Positions 48,841 through 57,857 are shown, counted from the stretch's first letter. The stretch is DNA of 64,000 bases from a virus (IMGVR_UViG_3300013121_000017:32001-96000), one strand, 5' to 3'. Numbers and translations: made by a program. Notes: generated by a model not told the origin, from the sequence alone.

Positions 48841-50364
48841 ATGGAAAACCTCAACCAGCAACCGCCAACCACCTCTGAGATCATCCAAAAAGGCGTCAAA
48901 CAAGCCGCCAGACTGTTTCACGAAGGCAATCTGTCAGCTTGCCAGCTATTGGTGGGACAACTGCTTAGAGTTGACCCCAACAATGACGAGGCTTTGCAAA
49001 TCGCTGGACTGCTGAAACTTCGCATCGGCGAAGGACAGGCTGCCATCCCGTTATTAGAAGATGCGAGGGCAATCAACCCTGAAAACCCAGACCACCACAA
49101 CAATTTGGCCCTGGCCTACTCCCGCGTCGGCAGGTACGACGACGCCATCAAGTGCCTGGATGTGGCGACCATGATGGCTCCAGGCCGACAGGTTTTCTGG
49201 GTCAACTACGCGGTTCAACTGAGGAACAAGGCCAACCATGATCTCGTCAATCGCGAAACCTATTTGGACAAGGCGCACAGCTTCCTTTTCAAGGCCATCG
49301 AACTAAGCCCCACAGCAACGGCTCATGGCAACCTGGGCAGTCTTCTTGCCGAGCGGCAGGACATGCCCCGCGCCATCGAACAATTCAAGAAAGCCCTGGA
49401 GATCGACCCGACGCTGGCTGGTATTCATGTGGATCTCAGCTATGTCTACTTCTTGACGGGGGACTTCAAGAGCGGCTGGGAGCATTACGAGTACCGGATG
49501 AAGCACTACCCCCAGGCAACCCGTTTGGAAAAAGTATTTCCCTCTTCCAAAAGGTGGGATGGCAAGGAACCTCTTGAAGATAAGACGGTAGTTGTATTCT
49601 GTGAACAGGGATGTGGCGATTCCATTCACTTTGCACGGTATCTGCCACTTCTGCGGACAAAAAGACTCGTCATTTGGTGTCACGACCCGTTGAAGGAAAT
49701 CCTCTCGCAGTTCGGCGAGACGATTGGCATGGGTGAAAAGCCCCCTGTCTACGACGTGTCAATTCCCATCATGTCATTGCCCTACTTGTTGGGCGACCCC
49801 GAAGTCCCGACGCCCTACCTGAAGCTGCCGCCGCCAGCAGCCGGAATGGAGAGCTACGCCGGCACTCTGAACGTCGGCATCTGCTGGGCAGGCAACCCAC
49901 AACACCCCGGCGACCGCTTCCGCTCAATTCCGTTGCAGGAATTCATGCCACTGAGCATGCCGGGCGTGACGCTATTCTCGCTACAAAAGGACTACCGACC
50001 CAGGAAGTATCACGATTCCGAAGAAGTCATAGACCTTTGTAAAGATGGCCCGAAGGTTGTGGATTTGTCACCGCTTCTCACGTCCTTCACGGACACGGCG
50101 AAATTCATTTCGGCGATGGATCTGGTAATCTCCGTGGACACGGCGGTACTTCACCTAGCCGGCGCGATGGGCAAGAAGACGTGGGGACTGATTCCCTACA
50201 GCCCTGATTGGCGATGGGGATTCGACAAGGAAACAACGTCGCTCTACCCGAGCATGGAGTTGTTCAGGCAGCCCGACAAAGGCGATTGGCGTTCGGTGAT
50301 GGGCAAGGTGGGAATGCGGCTGCGAGAAATGATCAAGCCGGCAGAACGGTCCCTGCCGGCTTGA
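48841..50364 (+). CDS. TPR-repeat protein with C-terminal GT9-like glycosyltransferase (paralog of 11114-12562)
   Basis: Multiple TPRs; EQGCGDSIHFARY, VGICWAGNP, DLVISVDTAVLHLAGAMG, DWRW. Confidence 0.87.
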   Translation: MENLNQQPPTTSEIIQKGVKQAARLFHEGNLSACQLLVGQLLRVDPNNDEALQIAGLLKLRIGEGQAAIPLLEDARAINPENPDHHNNLALAYSRVGRYDDAIKCLDVATMMAPGRQVFWVNYAVQLRNKANHDLVNRETYLDKAHSFLFKAIELSPTATAHGNLGSLLAERQDMPRAIEQFKKALEIDPTLAGIHVDLSYVYFLTGDFKSGWEHYEYRMKHYPQATRLEKVFPSSKRWDGKEPLEDKTVVVFCEQGCGDSIHFARYLPLLRTKRLVIWCHDPLKEILSQFGETIGMGEKPPVYDVSIPIMSLPYLLGDPEVPTPYLKLPPPAAGMESYAGTLNVGICWAGNPQHPGDRFRSIPLQEFMPLSMPGVTLFSLQKDYRPRKYHDSEEVIDLCKDGPKVVDLSPLLTSFTDTAKFISAMDLVISVDTAVLHLAGAMGKKTWGLIPYSPDWRWGFDKETTSLYPSMELFRQPDKGDWRSVMGKVGMRLREMIKPAERSLPA

Positions 50365-50374
50365 TCGGCAGCGA

Positions 50375-50674
50375 TCAGACCGTGGGAGTGGTAGCCGAGG
50401 AAGTGGTCTTCTTGGAGGACGACGAACGCTTTGCAGCAAGTCGCCGCTGCACGCTGGTTTCGTCATAGGTCACGCCGTAGCCGTTGCGTTCGGTGACACG
50501 GCGAGCCACGCCCTTGAGGGCCGAGAGAGTCTCGAACTTGGTGATGCCGTCCTTGTTGGCGAGCTTCGTCTTGGCGAGGCCCGGCACACTGACGCTGCCC
50601 TCGAAGGTCAACACGCCGTTCGTCTCCGAGGCGGTGACCTTGACTTCGAGGGTCTTCTGCTTGCTGTCGCTCAT
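50375..50674 (-). CDS. small basic hypothetical protein
   Basis: AAGGA SD before MSDSKQK. Confidence 0.6.
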   Translation of the reverse strand: MSDSKQKTLEVKVTASETNGVLTFEGSVSVPGLAKTKLANKDGITKFETLSALKGVARRVTERNGYGVTYDETSVQRRLAAKRSSSSKKTTSSATTPTV

Positions 50675-50716
50675 CTTGCTGTCCTTTCGATACGAGGTTT
50701 GAAACACGTCTTCATT

Positions 50717-51403
50717 CTAGCAGCCTCGAACGACGAGGTTCGACTTGAGGAAGTCCTTGTGTTTGTCCCAGTTCTGATTTCTCGGCTCAAGAGGGCCGCA
50801 ACCCTTGAGTGTAGGAATCAGCAAACGTCGGCTCGCTGGCCTGGATCGCTTCTGGTAGAACTCGTCAATCGCGTCCCCGTACTTCGCTTCGAGCTTGGGC
50901 CATTGTACAGTCCCAAGAAAACTTGACAACCTCAATTTCTTCATCATCTCGTTGACGGTGGCCTTCACGCTCTCGACAGGCAGCTTCTTTTTCGTTGACC
51001 CCACACGACTGAAATCGACATGCCACAGCATGGTTTCTGGGTCATAGGCGAAGACGGGGTTCTTCAAGCCGGTTGCAATATGATCGGCAATGGCGTCCTC
51101 AATCTCGGAAAAAGAGGAAGATCTGGAGGATAGATAGATCTCGTAATACAGGTACGCGACCAAACCCCTAAAGCTGAGAATGAGGACGTTCCTCCCTCCC
51201 TTGGAGTTATGACGCTGCCGCAGACAGAAGTCGCAGAAGAAGCGACCCGGACCCGAGAGCTTTTCCAGAACAGCCATCGAGTCTCCCGGCGCAACAAGCT
51301 TCCCGCAGAAGTCACACATCTGGTAGGGGTTACCCGGCAAGGCCGAGTCATCAACTGCCTGAATGTGAGCTTCACATGCGGTGAAATTGTTGTCGCGGTG
51401 CAT
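50717..51403 (-). CDS. zinc-finger-containing hypothetical protein
   Basis: CDFCG...FCDFC; GGGAG SD. Confidence 0.65.
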   Translation of the reverse strand: MHRDNNFTACEAHIQAVDDSALPGNPYQMCDFCGKLVAPGDSMAVLEKLSGPGRFFCDFCLRQRHNSKGGRNVLILSFRGLVAYLYYEIYLSSRSSSFSEIEDAIADHIATGLKNPVFAYDPETMLWHVDFSRVGSTKKKLPVESVKATVNEMMKKLRLSSFLGTVQWPKLEAKYGDAIDEFYQKRSRPASRRLLIPTLKGCGPLEPRNQNWDKHKDFLKSNLVVRGC

Positions 51404-51443
51404 ATCTACTCCCAGCGTCTGGACTCAAGTAAAAGAGGAAACC

Positions 51444-51680
51444 ATGCACACATTCGTCAAATGGGCAGAACACAACAAGCTTGAATTGCCCGCAGTCAGC
51501 GAAGACACCAAGCGTGGCGGTATTGCCTCATGGGCTTACCCTGATGCTTACGTTCGCGGCCAGTATCCCCAACTCTACTTCGCTCCAACTGCTGCTGACC
51601 ACATGCAGAAGTTGAAGGGCGCGAAGAAGAATGAGTCGGTGAAGAACGAATCCAAGAGAAATCGCATCAAGGATAAGTAA
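51444..51680 (+). CDS. micro-protein family member 1 with capsid-targeting-like leader
   Basis: MHTFVKWAEHNKLELPAVSE...WAYPDAYVRGQYPQLYFAPTAAD. Confidence 0.75.
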   Translation: MHTFVKWAEHNKLELPAVSEDTKRGGIASWAYPDAYVRGQYPQLYFAPTAADHMQKLKGAKKNESVKNESKRNRIKDK

Positions 51681-51687
51681 GGAGTTC

Positions 51688-51966
51688 ATGCACAGCTTCA
51701 TTGAATGGGCCGCTGAAAACAAGCTTGAGCTTCCCGCCGTGAGTGAGGGTGCAACTCGTCGTGCCGGCATCGCTCACTGGGCTTATCCAGACGGCTACAT
51801 CCGTTCGCACTACCCGGATGGTTACTTCATGCCGACCGCTGCCGACGCCCTCTTCAAGATGGCCATTGGCAAACACAAGGTCAGCCACATGACCCCGCCC
51901 GATCAGGCCATTGGCCCGGACGGCAGTGTTCGTGGCGAGAAGGGCCGTTCCTACGACACCGAATAA
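51688..51966 (+). CDS. micro-protein family member 2 (tandem paralog)
   Basis: MHSFIEWAAENKLELPAVSE...WAYPDGYIRSHYPDGYFMPTAAD. Confidence 0.78.
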   Translation: MHSFIEWAAENKLELPAVSEGATRRAGIAHWAYPDGYIRSHYPDGYFMPTAADALFKMAIGKHKVSHMTPPDQAIGPDGSVRGEKGRSYDTE

Positions 51967-51983
51967 GGTTTCGCGAAACAAGA

Positions 51984-52007
51984 AAGCCCGGCAGAAATGC
52001 CGGGCTT
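51984..52007. terminator. terminator hairpin between convergent genes
   Basis: AAGCCCGGCA-gaaa-TGCCGGGCTT. Confidence 0.75.
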
Positions 52008-52014
52008 GTTCGTT

Positions 52015-52341
52015 TTACGACTTCGCGCCAGCCTTCTTGAGCCTGTCTTCGTGGTCGGCATCTGAGATGGACCCCTTGTCCTTGGGAACCATGTCGGGAA
52101 CACGTTCCCAGTAGCCCCATTGTTCTTCGTTGGCCGGGTTCTGAAAGACCATGCCGAGCTTCCAGTATTTGTACAGGATTTCCTCGACACGCTCTTTCGT
52201 CAGGTTGGACTCCTTCGACAGGGCGGAAACGCTTCGCCACTGCCATTTCGGGTGTCTGGCCAGGGCGATAAACACCGCCTGTTCCTCGTCGCCCGCCTTT
52301 GTGCCTTGGGGGTACACATCCGTCCATTGCTTCAGAGACAT
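52015..52341 (-). CDS. small winged-helix-like protein
   Basis: GAGGTG SD; WRSVSALSKESNLTKERVEEIL. Confidence 0.55.
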   Translation of the reverse strand: MSLKQWTDVYPQGTKAGDEEQAVFIALARHPKWQWRSVSALSKESNLTKERVEEILYKYWKLGMVFQNPANEEQWGYWERVPDMVPKDKGSISDADHEDRLKKAGAKS

Positions 52342-52466
52342 ATCGGTCACCTCTCGTTTGTTCGGGTGTTTTTTCACGTCGGGTAATAGATACCCACGGG
52401 GATTACCGCGTCGCGCGGACTCTCTTGATATAGTAGCACGGCGCGAAGGCGTCTTCACAAGCAAGA

Positions 52467-53114
52467 ATGGTGAAAAGGATGAGACACAGCAAGTTCAACC
52501 GATACGAACGCAAGCAGATCCAGCAGGAGAAGATTGCACAGTCCCTGGCGGGCTATGGACTCTTCGTCTACAAGAACCCCAGTCGCACCGGAACGTTGAC
52601 GTTGCCGAAGCCCACCTCCAGCGGACGCAGGACCGTTGGCCCCGGCGAGGAGTTCCAGGGAGACAGCTACTTCATGAATCTGGTTCACACCCAGGACTTG
52701 ATCAAGGTTCGCACGCTCATTTCCGTCGAACAAGATAAGGCCGACAAGGCAAAAGCAGCGGCGGCAGAAGCGGCGGCGACACTCGCACTAGAAGAGGCGA
52801 AGAACAAGCCTGTCAATCTGACGGTGGCCCTGAATCTGAATGTTGCGGAAAAAACGGTGGCCGAGGAGAGTGTATTATCTGAGGCCGTCGAAGATCGAAC
52901 CTCCAAGAACCGGCATCCCCGAAAGGAAAACATGACCCCGAAGCAGAAGAAGCTGGTCCTCGACCAGCCAGACAAGATCACGACCGAAGGTAAGGTCGAG
53001 CAAGTCGTCAAGGAAGACGGAACCCGTCAACTGAACGACCACGACGGCTCCAAGCAGCCGAAGCCCGACGTTTTGCTGAACGAACACCCGGTCGGCGAAA
53101 TCATCATCGAGTAA
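52467..53114 (+). CDS. hypothetical protein
   Basis: Intact ORF with phage-like codon use; TAGATA at about 52387. Confidence 0.6.
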   Translation: MVKRMRHSKFNRYERKQIQQEKIAQSLAGYGLFVYKNPSRTGTLTLPKPTSSGRRTVGPGEEFQGDSYFMNLVHTQDLIKVRTLISVEQDKADKAKAAAAEAAATLALEEAKNKPVNLTVALNLNVAEKTVAEESVLSEAVEDRTSKNRHPRKENMTPKQKKLVLDQPDKITTEGKVEQVVKEDGTRQLNDHDGSKQPKPDVLLNEHPVGEIIIE

Positions 53115-53162
53115 GATCACTTTACAACTCCCCACGTCTGTCCTATATTGGCGTGGGGATTT

Positions 53163-53332
53163 TTCGTTCCGCAACGAAGGATCAGCCCGGCCCGGTGGCC
53201 CATACAGGGTCGCGTAGACTCTGCCGCAGGGGCCGGGCATTCCTATCGACGGAGACACTGTCGTGATTGCCACATCTGATCCTGCCGTTCAGGCAGAAGT
53301 GCTTCTTTCGCGGGAAGCTTTCCGCAAGAAGC
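53163..53332 (+). ncRNA. candidate structured ncRNA or leader
   Basis: Nested stems GGATCAG/CTGATCC and GCCCGGCCC/GGGCCGGGC plus several hairpins, after TTTACA-N16-TATATT. Confidence 0.4.
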
Positions 53333-53349
53333 AGCCGGAAAAGAAACCC

Positions 53350-53604
53350 ATGATGCCCACGGAGTTCAACTCCTGCATCAAAGAGGCCGAGGCCGCTATC
53401 ATCGCTTTCGACACCGACGCATTCGACATGCGTCAACGGATGGAACCATTGATCGACAACCCGCATCTGAACCAAGGACAGCGGGAGCGTGTCAAGGTCA
53501 TGGGGGCCAAGCTCCTGAAGATTCTGATCGAGCATGGGTTGCTGGACGCCTGGGGCATTGCCGTCCATCAGCCTGATTCCAACGGGGACGATACCCAGGT
53601 ATAG
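53350..53604 (+). CDS. hypothetical protein
   Basis: ORF MMPTEFN... downstream of the structured region. Confidence 0.5.
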   Translation: MMPTEFNSCIKEAEAAIIAFDTDAFDMRQRMEPLIDNPHLNQGQRERVKVMGAKLLKILIEHGLLDAWGIAVHQPDSNGDDTQV

Positions 53605-53640
53605 TCCACTCCACCACACCGGAACCAAGAGGGTTTCTCC

Positions 53641-54867
53641 ATGAGCAGTCTGATTATCGAGATCTGTCGTGTTGACAAGGTCGAAGCCCACCCGCAGGCC
53701 GACAAAATGGCCATCGCGACCATCAAGGGCTGGAAAACCTGCATCAAGAAAAACGAAGATGGCAGCACGCAGTTCGCCGAAGGTGACCTGTGCATCTTCT
53801 TCCCGCCGGACGCCGTCCTGACGAAGGAACTGAGCGATAAGATCGGCGTCACCAACTACCTGAAGACCCTGGCGAAGAAGGCGGACGGTTCTCGCCCCGA
53901 GGGCGGTCGTGTCGCGGTGTCGCGGCTGCGTGGGCAGCCGAGCTATGGGTTCATCACCGACCTCGACATCCTGAATGGCTACTACACCGGCCACGGCGAA
54001 CAGCCGACGTGGAAGGCGGGCGACGATGTCGCCGGGCTTCTGGGAGTTACGAAGTGGGAGCCGCCAGTCACCTGCACGGATGGTGACGCGGAGCGTCCAC
54101 ACCCGGCCTTCCACCGCTACTTCGATCTGGAGAATTACCGCAATTTCCCCGACTTGATTCCAGACGGGGAACCCGTAGTCTTCACTGAGAAACTCCACGG
54201 CAAGAACTGCCGCCTGGGCTACATCCGTGATGCCGGCGACGACGGCGAAGCAGTTTGGACGTGGATGGCAGGCAGCCACGACGTTCGTCGCAAGGAGTTC
54301 GTCACCCGCAAGCGGAAGTCCTTCGACAAGGACACGAAGGAACTCAAGGTCGAAGAATATCAGGACAAGAGCCAGTTCTGGCAGGCTCTCGACAAGCCGG
54401 GCGTCCGCGCCATGATGCAGGCGATCAGCATCGGCGATGGACTGCAAACCGTTGTCGGAAACGACAACGTCGTGGTCTTCGGCGAGATCTTCGGCAGCGG
54501 CGTGCAGGACATGACCTACGGTATGGAAGGGGGCCAGTGGGACTTCCGCGTCTTCGACATCACCGTCAACGGCAAGTACATGAATGCCGCTGACAAGTAC
54601 GAATGGTGCGCGAAGTTCGGCGTGCAGACCGTGCCTGTTCTCTACGACGGCCCCTTCAGCAAGGCGAAGGTCGAAGAGTTCGTCACTGGCCCGACAACCG
54701 TGTGTGCGGCGGAAGCCGCCGGCACGTTCAAAGGGCGTGAAGGCATCGTCATCACCGCAAAGACGGAAAAGTCCGTCACCACGGAAAAGAAGGTCTTCGA
54801 CCGAATGGCTCTCAAGGCCATCAACTTCGACTACCTCGAACGAAAGGGAGGTACTGAGTACCACTGA
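53641..54867 (+). CDS. ATP-dependent RNA ligase (DRB0094/Rnl2-like) with N-terminal OB-like domain
   Basis: HPQADK, TEKLHGKN (motif I), FGEIFG, VFDI, REGIVI, LKAIN. Confidence 0.88.
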   Translation: MSSLIIEICRVDKVEAHPQADKMAIATIKGWKTCIKKNEDGSTQFAEGDLCIFFPPDAVLTKELSDKIGVTNYLKTLAKKADGSRPEGGRVAVSRLRGQPSYGFITDLDILNGYYTGHGEQPTWKAGDDVAGLLGVTKWEPPVTCTDGDAERPHPAFHRYFDLENYRNFPDLIPDGEPVVFTEKLHGKNCRLGYIRDAGDDGEAVWTWMAGSHDVRRKEFVTRKRKSFDKDTKELKVEEYQDKSQFWQALDKPGVRAMMQAISIGDGLQTVVGNDNVVVFGEIFGSGVQDMTYGMEGGQWDFRVFDITVNGKYMNAADKYEWCAKFGVQTVPVLYDGPFSKAKVEEFVTGPTTVCAAEAAGTFKGREGIVITAKTEKSVTTEKKVFDRMALKAINFDYLERKGGTEYH

Positions 54868-54889
54868 TCCACGGCTGGACCCAAGCCAT

Positions 54890-54929
54890 AACCCGCGACA
54901 AGGCAGGGGATGCTCTGTCGCGGGTTTTT
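54890..54929 (+). terminator. intrinsic terminator
   Basis: AACCCGCGACA...TGTCGCGGGTT followed by a T-run. Confidence 0.7.
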
Positions 54930-54957
54930 CACCCTAATCCCACCAAGGAGTCCAGCC

Positions 54958-56061
54958 ATGTCAGATAAACCTGCAATCCAGATGTGCGAAGAATGTCCGC
55001 TATCCGACCACCCGACCCGTCGCAGCGAACTTCTTGCACTTGTGGCGCACGAACTTCGCAACCCTCTCTCGGCCATCGCCATGTCGGTGCAAGTCATCAA
55101 ACGCACCGCCATCACTCCGGGTGTGCAGCAGGCGGTAGCAAGCATTGACCGTCAGGTTGCCGTCATGCGGCGACTGGTCGATGACCTAACCGATGTTTCG
55201 CGTCTCATCACCAACAAGATCACACTGCAAATCCAGAAGGTGGAGATCCGCTCTGCCTGCGAGCAGGCCATCACCAGCGTGCAGTCGCTAATTGATGCCA
55301 AGCACCACACGCTGACGGTCGAGTGCGAACAGGGCGAAATTGACGCCGACCCGGTGCGGCTTCAACAGATGATCGGCAACCTCCTCAGCAACTCGGCGAA
55401 GTTCACCCCGAGCGGGGGCAACATTGCTCTTCGCGTCAAGATCGAAAATGACAACGTCATCATCACTGTCGAGGATGACGGCAAGGGGTTGACCGAGAAA
55501 GACATCCAGAACATGTTCTTGATGTTCTACCAAGGGGAACAACACAGCGGCACTGGCCTGGGTATCGGATTGACCCTGACGCACAGGCTGGCGACCATGC
55601 ACGGCGGAACCATCACGGCTTCCAGCCCCGGCAAAGACAAGGGGTCAACCTTCACGGTTACAATCCCGTCCTGTCCTGCCGAAGCCATCAAAGGTAGCCT
55701 TCGCGTCCTGATCATTGACGACAACTGTGATCACGCCAACGCCCTCAGCGTCCTGCTCGAAATGGAGAACTACCACGTTCGAGTGGCCTATGACGGTCCC
55801 GCCGGCCTGGACGAGGTCGCAAAATTCGGCCCTGACGTAATCTTCTTGGACATCGGCATGCCCGTCATGGACGGGTATGAAGTCATCTCACGCATCCACA
55901 AGAAGGACGGCAAGCCGTACATTGTGGCCGTCACGGGCTTCAACCAGCCCGGTGACAAAATGCGTATCAAGGTCGCCGGCTTTGACGAACACATCGTCAA
56001 GCCGCCAGAAGACAAGCAAATCTTCGCGATCCTTGAACAGATCGCGAAAGAGAAGAAGTGA
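54958..56061 (+). CDS. hybrid histidine kinase / response regulator without a sensor domain
   Basis: AHELRNPL (H), NLLSNSAKFT (N), DDGKG (G1), GLGIGL (G2); receiver IIDDN, LDIGMP, VTG, VKP. Confidence 0.92.
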   Translation: MSDKPAIQMCEECPLSDHPTRRSELLALVAHELRNPLSAIAMSVQVIKRTAITPGVQQAVASIDRQVAVMRRLVDDLTDVSRLITNKITLQIQKVEIRSACEQAITSVQSLIDAKHHTLTVECEQGEIDADPVRLQQMIGNLLSNSAKFTPSGGNIALRVKIENDNVIITVEDDGKGLTEKDIQNMFLMFYQGEQHSGTGLGIGLTLTHRLATMHGGTITASSPGKDKGSTFTVTIPSCPAEAIKGSLRVLIIDDNCDHANALSVLLEMENYHVRVAYDGPAGLDEVAKFGPDVIFLDIGMPVMDGYEVISRIHKKDGKPYIVAVTGFNQPGDKMRIKVAGFDEHIVKPPEDKQIFAILEQIAKEKK

Positions 56062-56474
56062 TGGCCAAGCCCTACGCCATTCACTGCCCGAAATGCGGCA
56101 GTGAAATGTTTGAACACAGCTTGTCCTACTTGGACGAGGGGACATTGGCCGAGGGTACTGACGAATGCCCAAACTGCGGTTTGATGCGTGAGTACCTCTA
56201 CGGCCACTGGCGTGAAACGGAGCGAGAGGAAGCGGACCCTATGGCAACCAATCTTGTGGGGATGTACGACCACCTAAACAAAGGCGATCACTGGCAGTTA
56301 AACCTCAGCATCACCACGGTGGCCGAACTGGTACGCAAGATGAACTTCGGGGAACACCGTTTTCTCTCGGAACTGATTCGGCAAAGGAAGGCCGACCCGC
56401 TTTACAAAGGTGACAGCGAGTTCAAATTGAATACGGACAAACTGGAGCAGTTGATCAACGAGGGCTACTACTAG
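56058..56474 (+). CDS. zinc-ribbon protein
   Basis: CPKCG...CPNCG; GTGA coupling to the kinase gene. Confidence 0.6.
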   Translation: MMAKPYAIHCPKCGSEMFEHSLSYLDEGTLAEGTDECPNCGLMREYLYGHWRETEREEADPMATNLVGMYDHLNKGDHWQLNLSITTVAELVRKMNFGEHRFLSELIRQRKADPLYKGDSEFKLNTDKLEQLINEGYY

Positions 56475-56716
56475 GCCGGCGGCAAGTAGCGGTCTGTGAT
56501 GTCACGGGCGGGCGGATTTTTGATGAAACCGTTCGACCCTGGCGGGCCGTCTTTGCCGTACTTGATTCCCAGGTAGGTGATGTAGTCGGCTGCCTTGGGT
56601 GTTCCATACAGGGGCGGATGCTGGCCCATCAGATCGGCAATGTCCGGGTAGAGGCCCAGCTTCGCGCCTGTGCGTTTGGAGTCTTCATCGAGTCTCAGCC
56701 ATTCCTTAAACTTCAT
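56471..56716 (-). CDS. micro-protein family member 3 with capsid-targeting-like leader
   Basis: MKFKEWLRLDEDSKRTG...YPD...GQHPPLYGTPKAAD; TACATA 5 nt upstream. Confidence 0.72.
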   Translation of the reverse strand: MKFKEWLRLDEDSKRTGAKLGLYPDIADLMGQHPPLYGTPKAADYITYLGIKYGKDGPPGSNGFIKNPPARDITDRYLPPA

Positions 56717-56739
56717 GCAGGTATGTAGAGGAAAAGTCA

Positions 56740-57096
56740 ATGATTCACGCAACGCAAGTCAAGTACGACGGCGGATTGCCTAAACTGGTAGAAGACATCG
56801 GCAACCTGCGGTACGACGCCTTGCAAGAGTTCCTGACCGAACTCAGCCTCAAATTGAGGCTAGACGGAAACAAAGACCGAACCAGGGGCCGTCCGATACT
56901 GTCTGGACATCTGGACAAGGCGGCGGACAAACTACTCGAATCAGCGGCTGCAATCGGCGTTGCCTGGATGCTGTGCCAGCCGCACATGGAGAACGAAGAT
57001 GGAAGTGGACGCACTCGGCGACCGGATGAAGATGTACGAACGGATGGGAACCCCAGAGCGGTTCATGCCGTTGCTGCCGGTCATGGCGCGGATTGA
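56740..57096 (+). CDS. hypothetical protein
   Basis: GAGG SD; helical ORF overlapping the next gene. Confidence 0.6.
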   Translation: MIHATQVKYDGGLPKLVEDIGNLRYDALQEFLTELSLKLRLDGNKDRTRGRPILSGHLDKAADKLLESAAAIGVAWMLCQPHMENEDGSGRTRRPDEDVRTDGNPRAVHAVAAGHGAD

Positions 57097-57814
57097 CGGT
57101 CGGGCCTTCCACAGCTTCGTGGAGGGGCTGGAACGGCCATACGACAAGCGGCTCTCCCGCATGATGATCGACACGACCGCGTTTCTCGTCAAGGAGACGA
57201 ACGCCTGCATCGGCTACTGCCAGAGCGACGAGATCAGCCTCTGCTGGCAGTCCACCGATCCGAACGTTCAGATTTTCTTCGACGGACGTGTGGCCAAGAT
57301 CATCAGTCAGTTGGCCGCAATGGCAACACTGCACTTTTACCGGCGGTGTGTGATCGAACTGCCGCCCGAGTACGCGGAGAAGCTGCCGACGTTCGACTGC
57401 CGTGCCTGGAACGTGCCGTGCCGGTACGAGGCCAGCAACACCTTCCTGTGGCGTGAGATCGACGCCACGAAGAACAGCATCAGCATGGCGGCGCGGGCGT
57501 ACTACGACCACAAGGACTTGGAGAACAAGAACGGGAAGGAAATGCAGGACATGCTCTTCGCCAAGGGCGTGAACTGGAACGACTACCCACGGTTCTTCAA
57601 GCGGGGAACCTACGTCCAGCGTCGGGTCATGCTCAAAAAGTTCATGCCAATGGAACTGAGCAAACTGCCGCCGCTGCACCACGCTCGGCGGAACCCCGAT
57701 CTGGAGTTCGAGCGGTCAGAGTATGTCGAACTTGACATGCCGCCGTTCGGCAGGGTCACAAACCGTGACGAAGTGATCTTCGAGGCGGCGGAACCCAAGG
57801 TGGCCGTTGGCTGA
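56999..57814 (+). CDS. thg1: tRNA(His) guanylyltransferase Thg1-like protein (3'-5' polymerase)
   Basis: LGDRMKMYE, RIDGRAFHSF, QSDEIS, FDGRVAK, FDCR, WREIDATKNSI. Confidence 0.9.
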   Translation: MEVDALGDRMKMYERMGTPERFMPLLPVMARIDGRAFHSFVEGLERPYDKRLSRMMIDTTAFLVKETNACIGYCQSDEISLCWQSTDPNVQIFFDGRVAKIISQLAAMATLHFYRRCVIELPPEYAEKLPTFDCRAWNVPCRYEASNTFLWREIDATKNSISMAARAYYDHKDLENKNGKEMQDMLFAKGVNWNDYPRFFKRGTYVQRRVMLKKFMPMELSKLPPLHHARRNPDLEFERSEYVELDMPPFGRVTNRDEVIFEAAEPKVAVG

Positions 57815-57832
57815 AGGATCTGAGAACGTGAA

Positions 57833-57857
57833 GGGGCTGGCAAGTTTTGCCAGCCCC
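57833..57857 (+). terminator. hairpin, probable terminator
   Basis: GGGGCTGGCAA-gtt-TTGCCAGCCCC. Confidence 0.6.

Noticed and set aside
53182-54864. 560-aa antisense ORF
   Set aside because: Shadow of the RNA ligase gene caused by codon bias; no motifs
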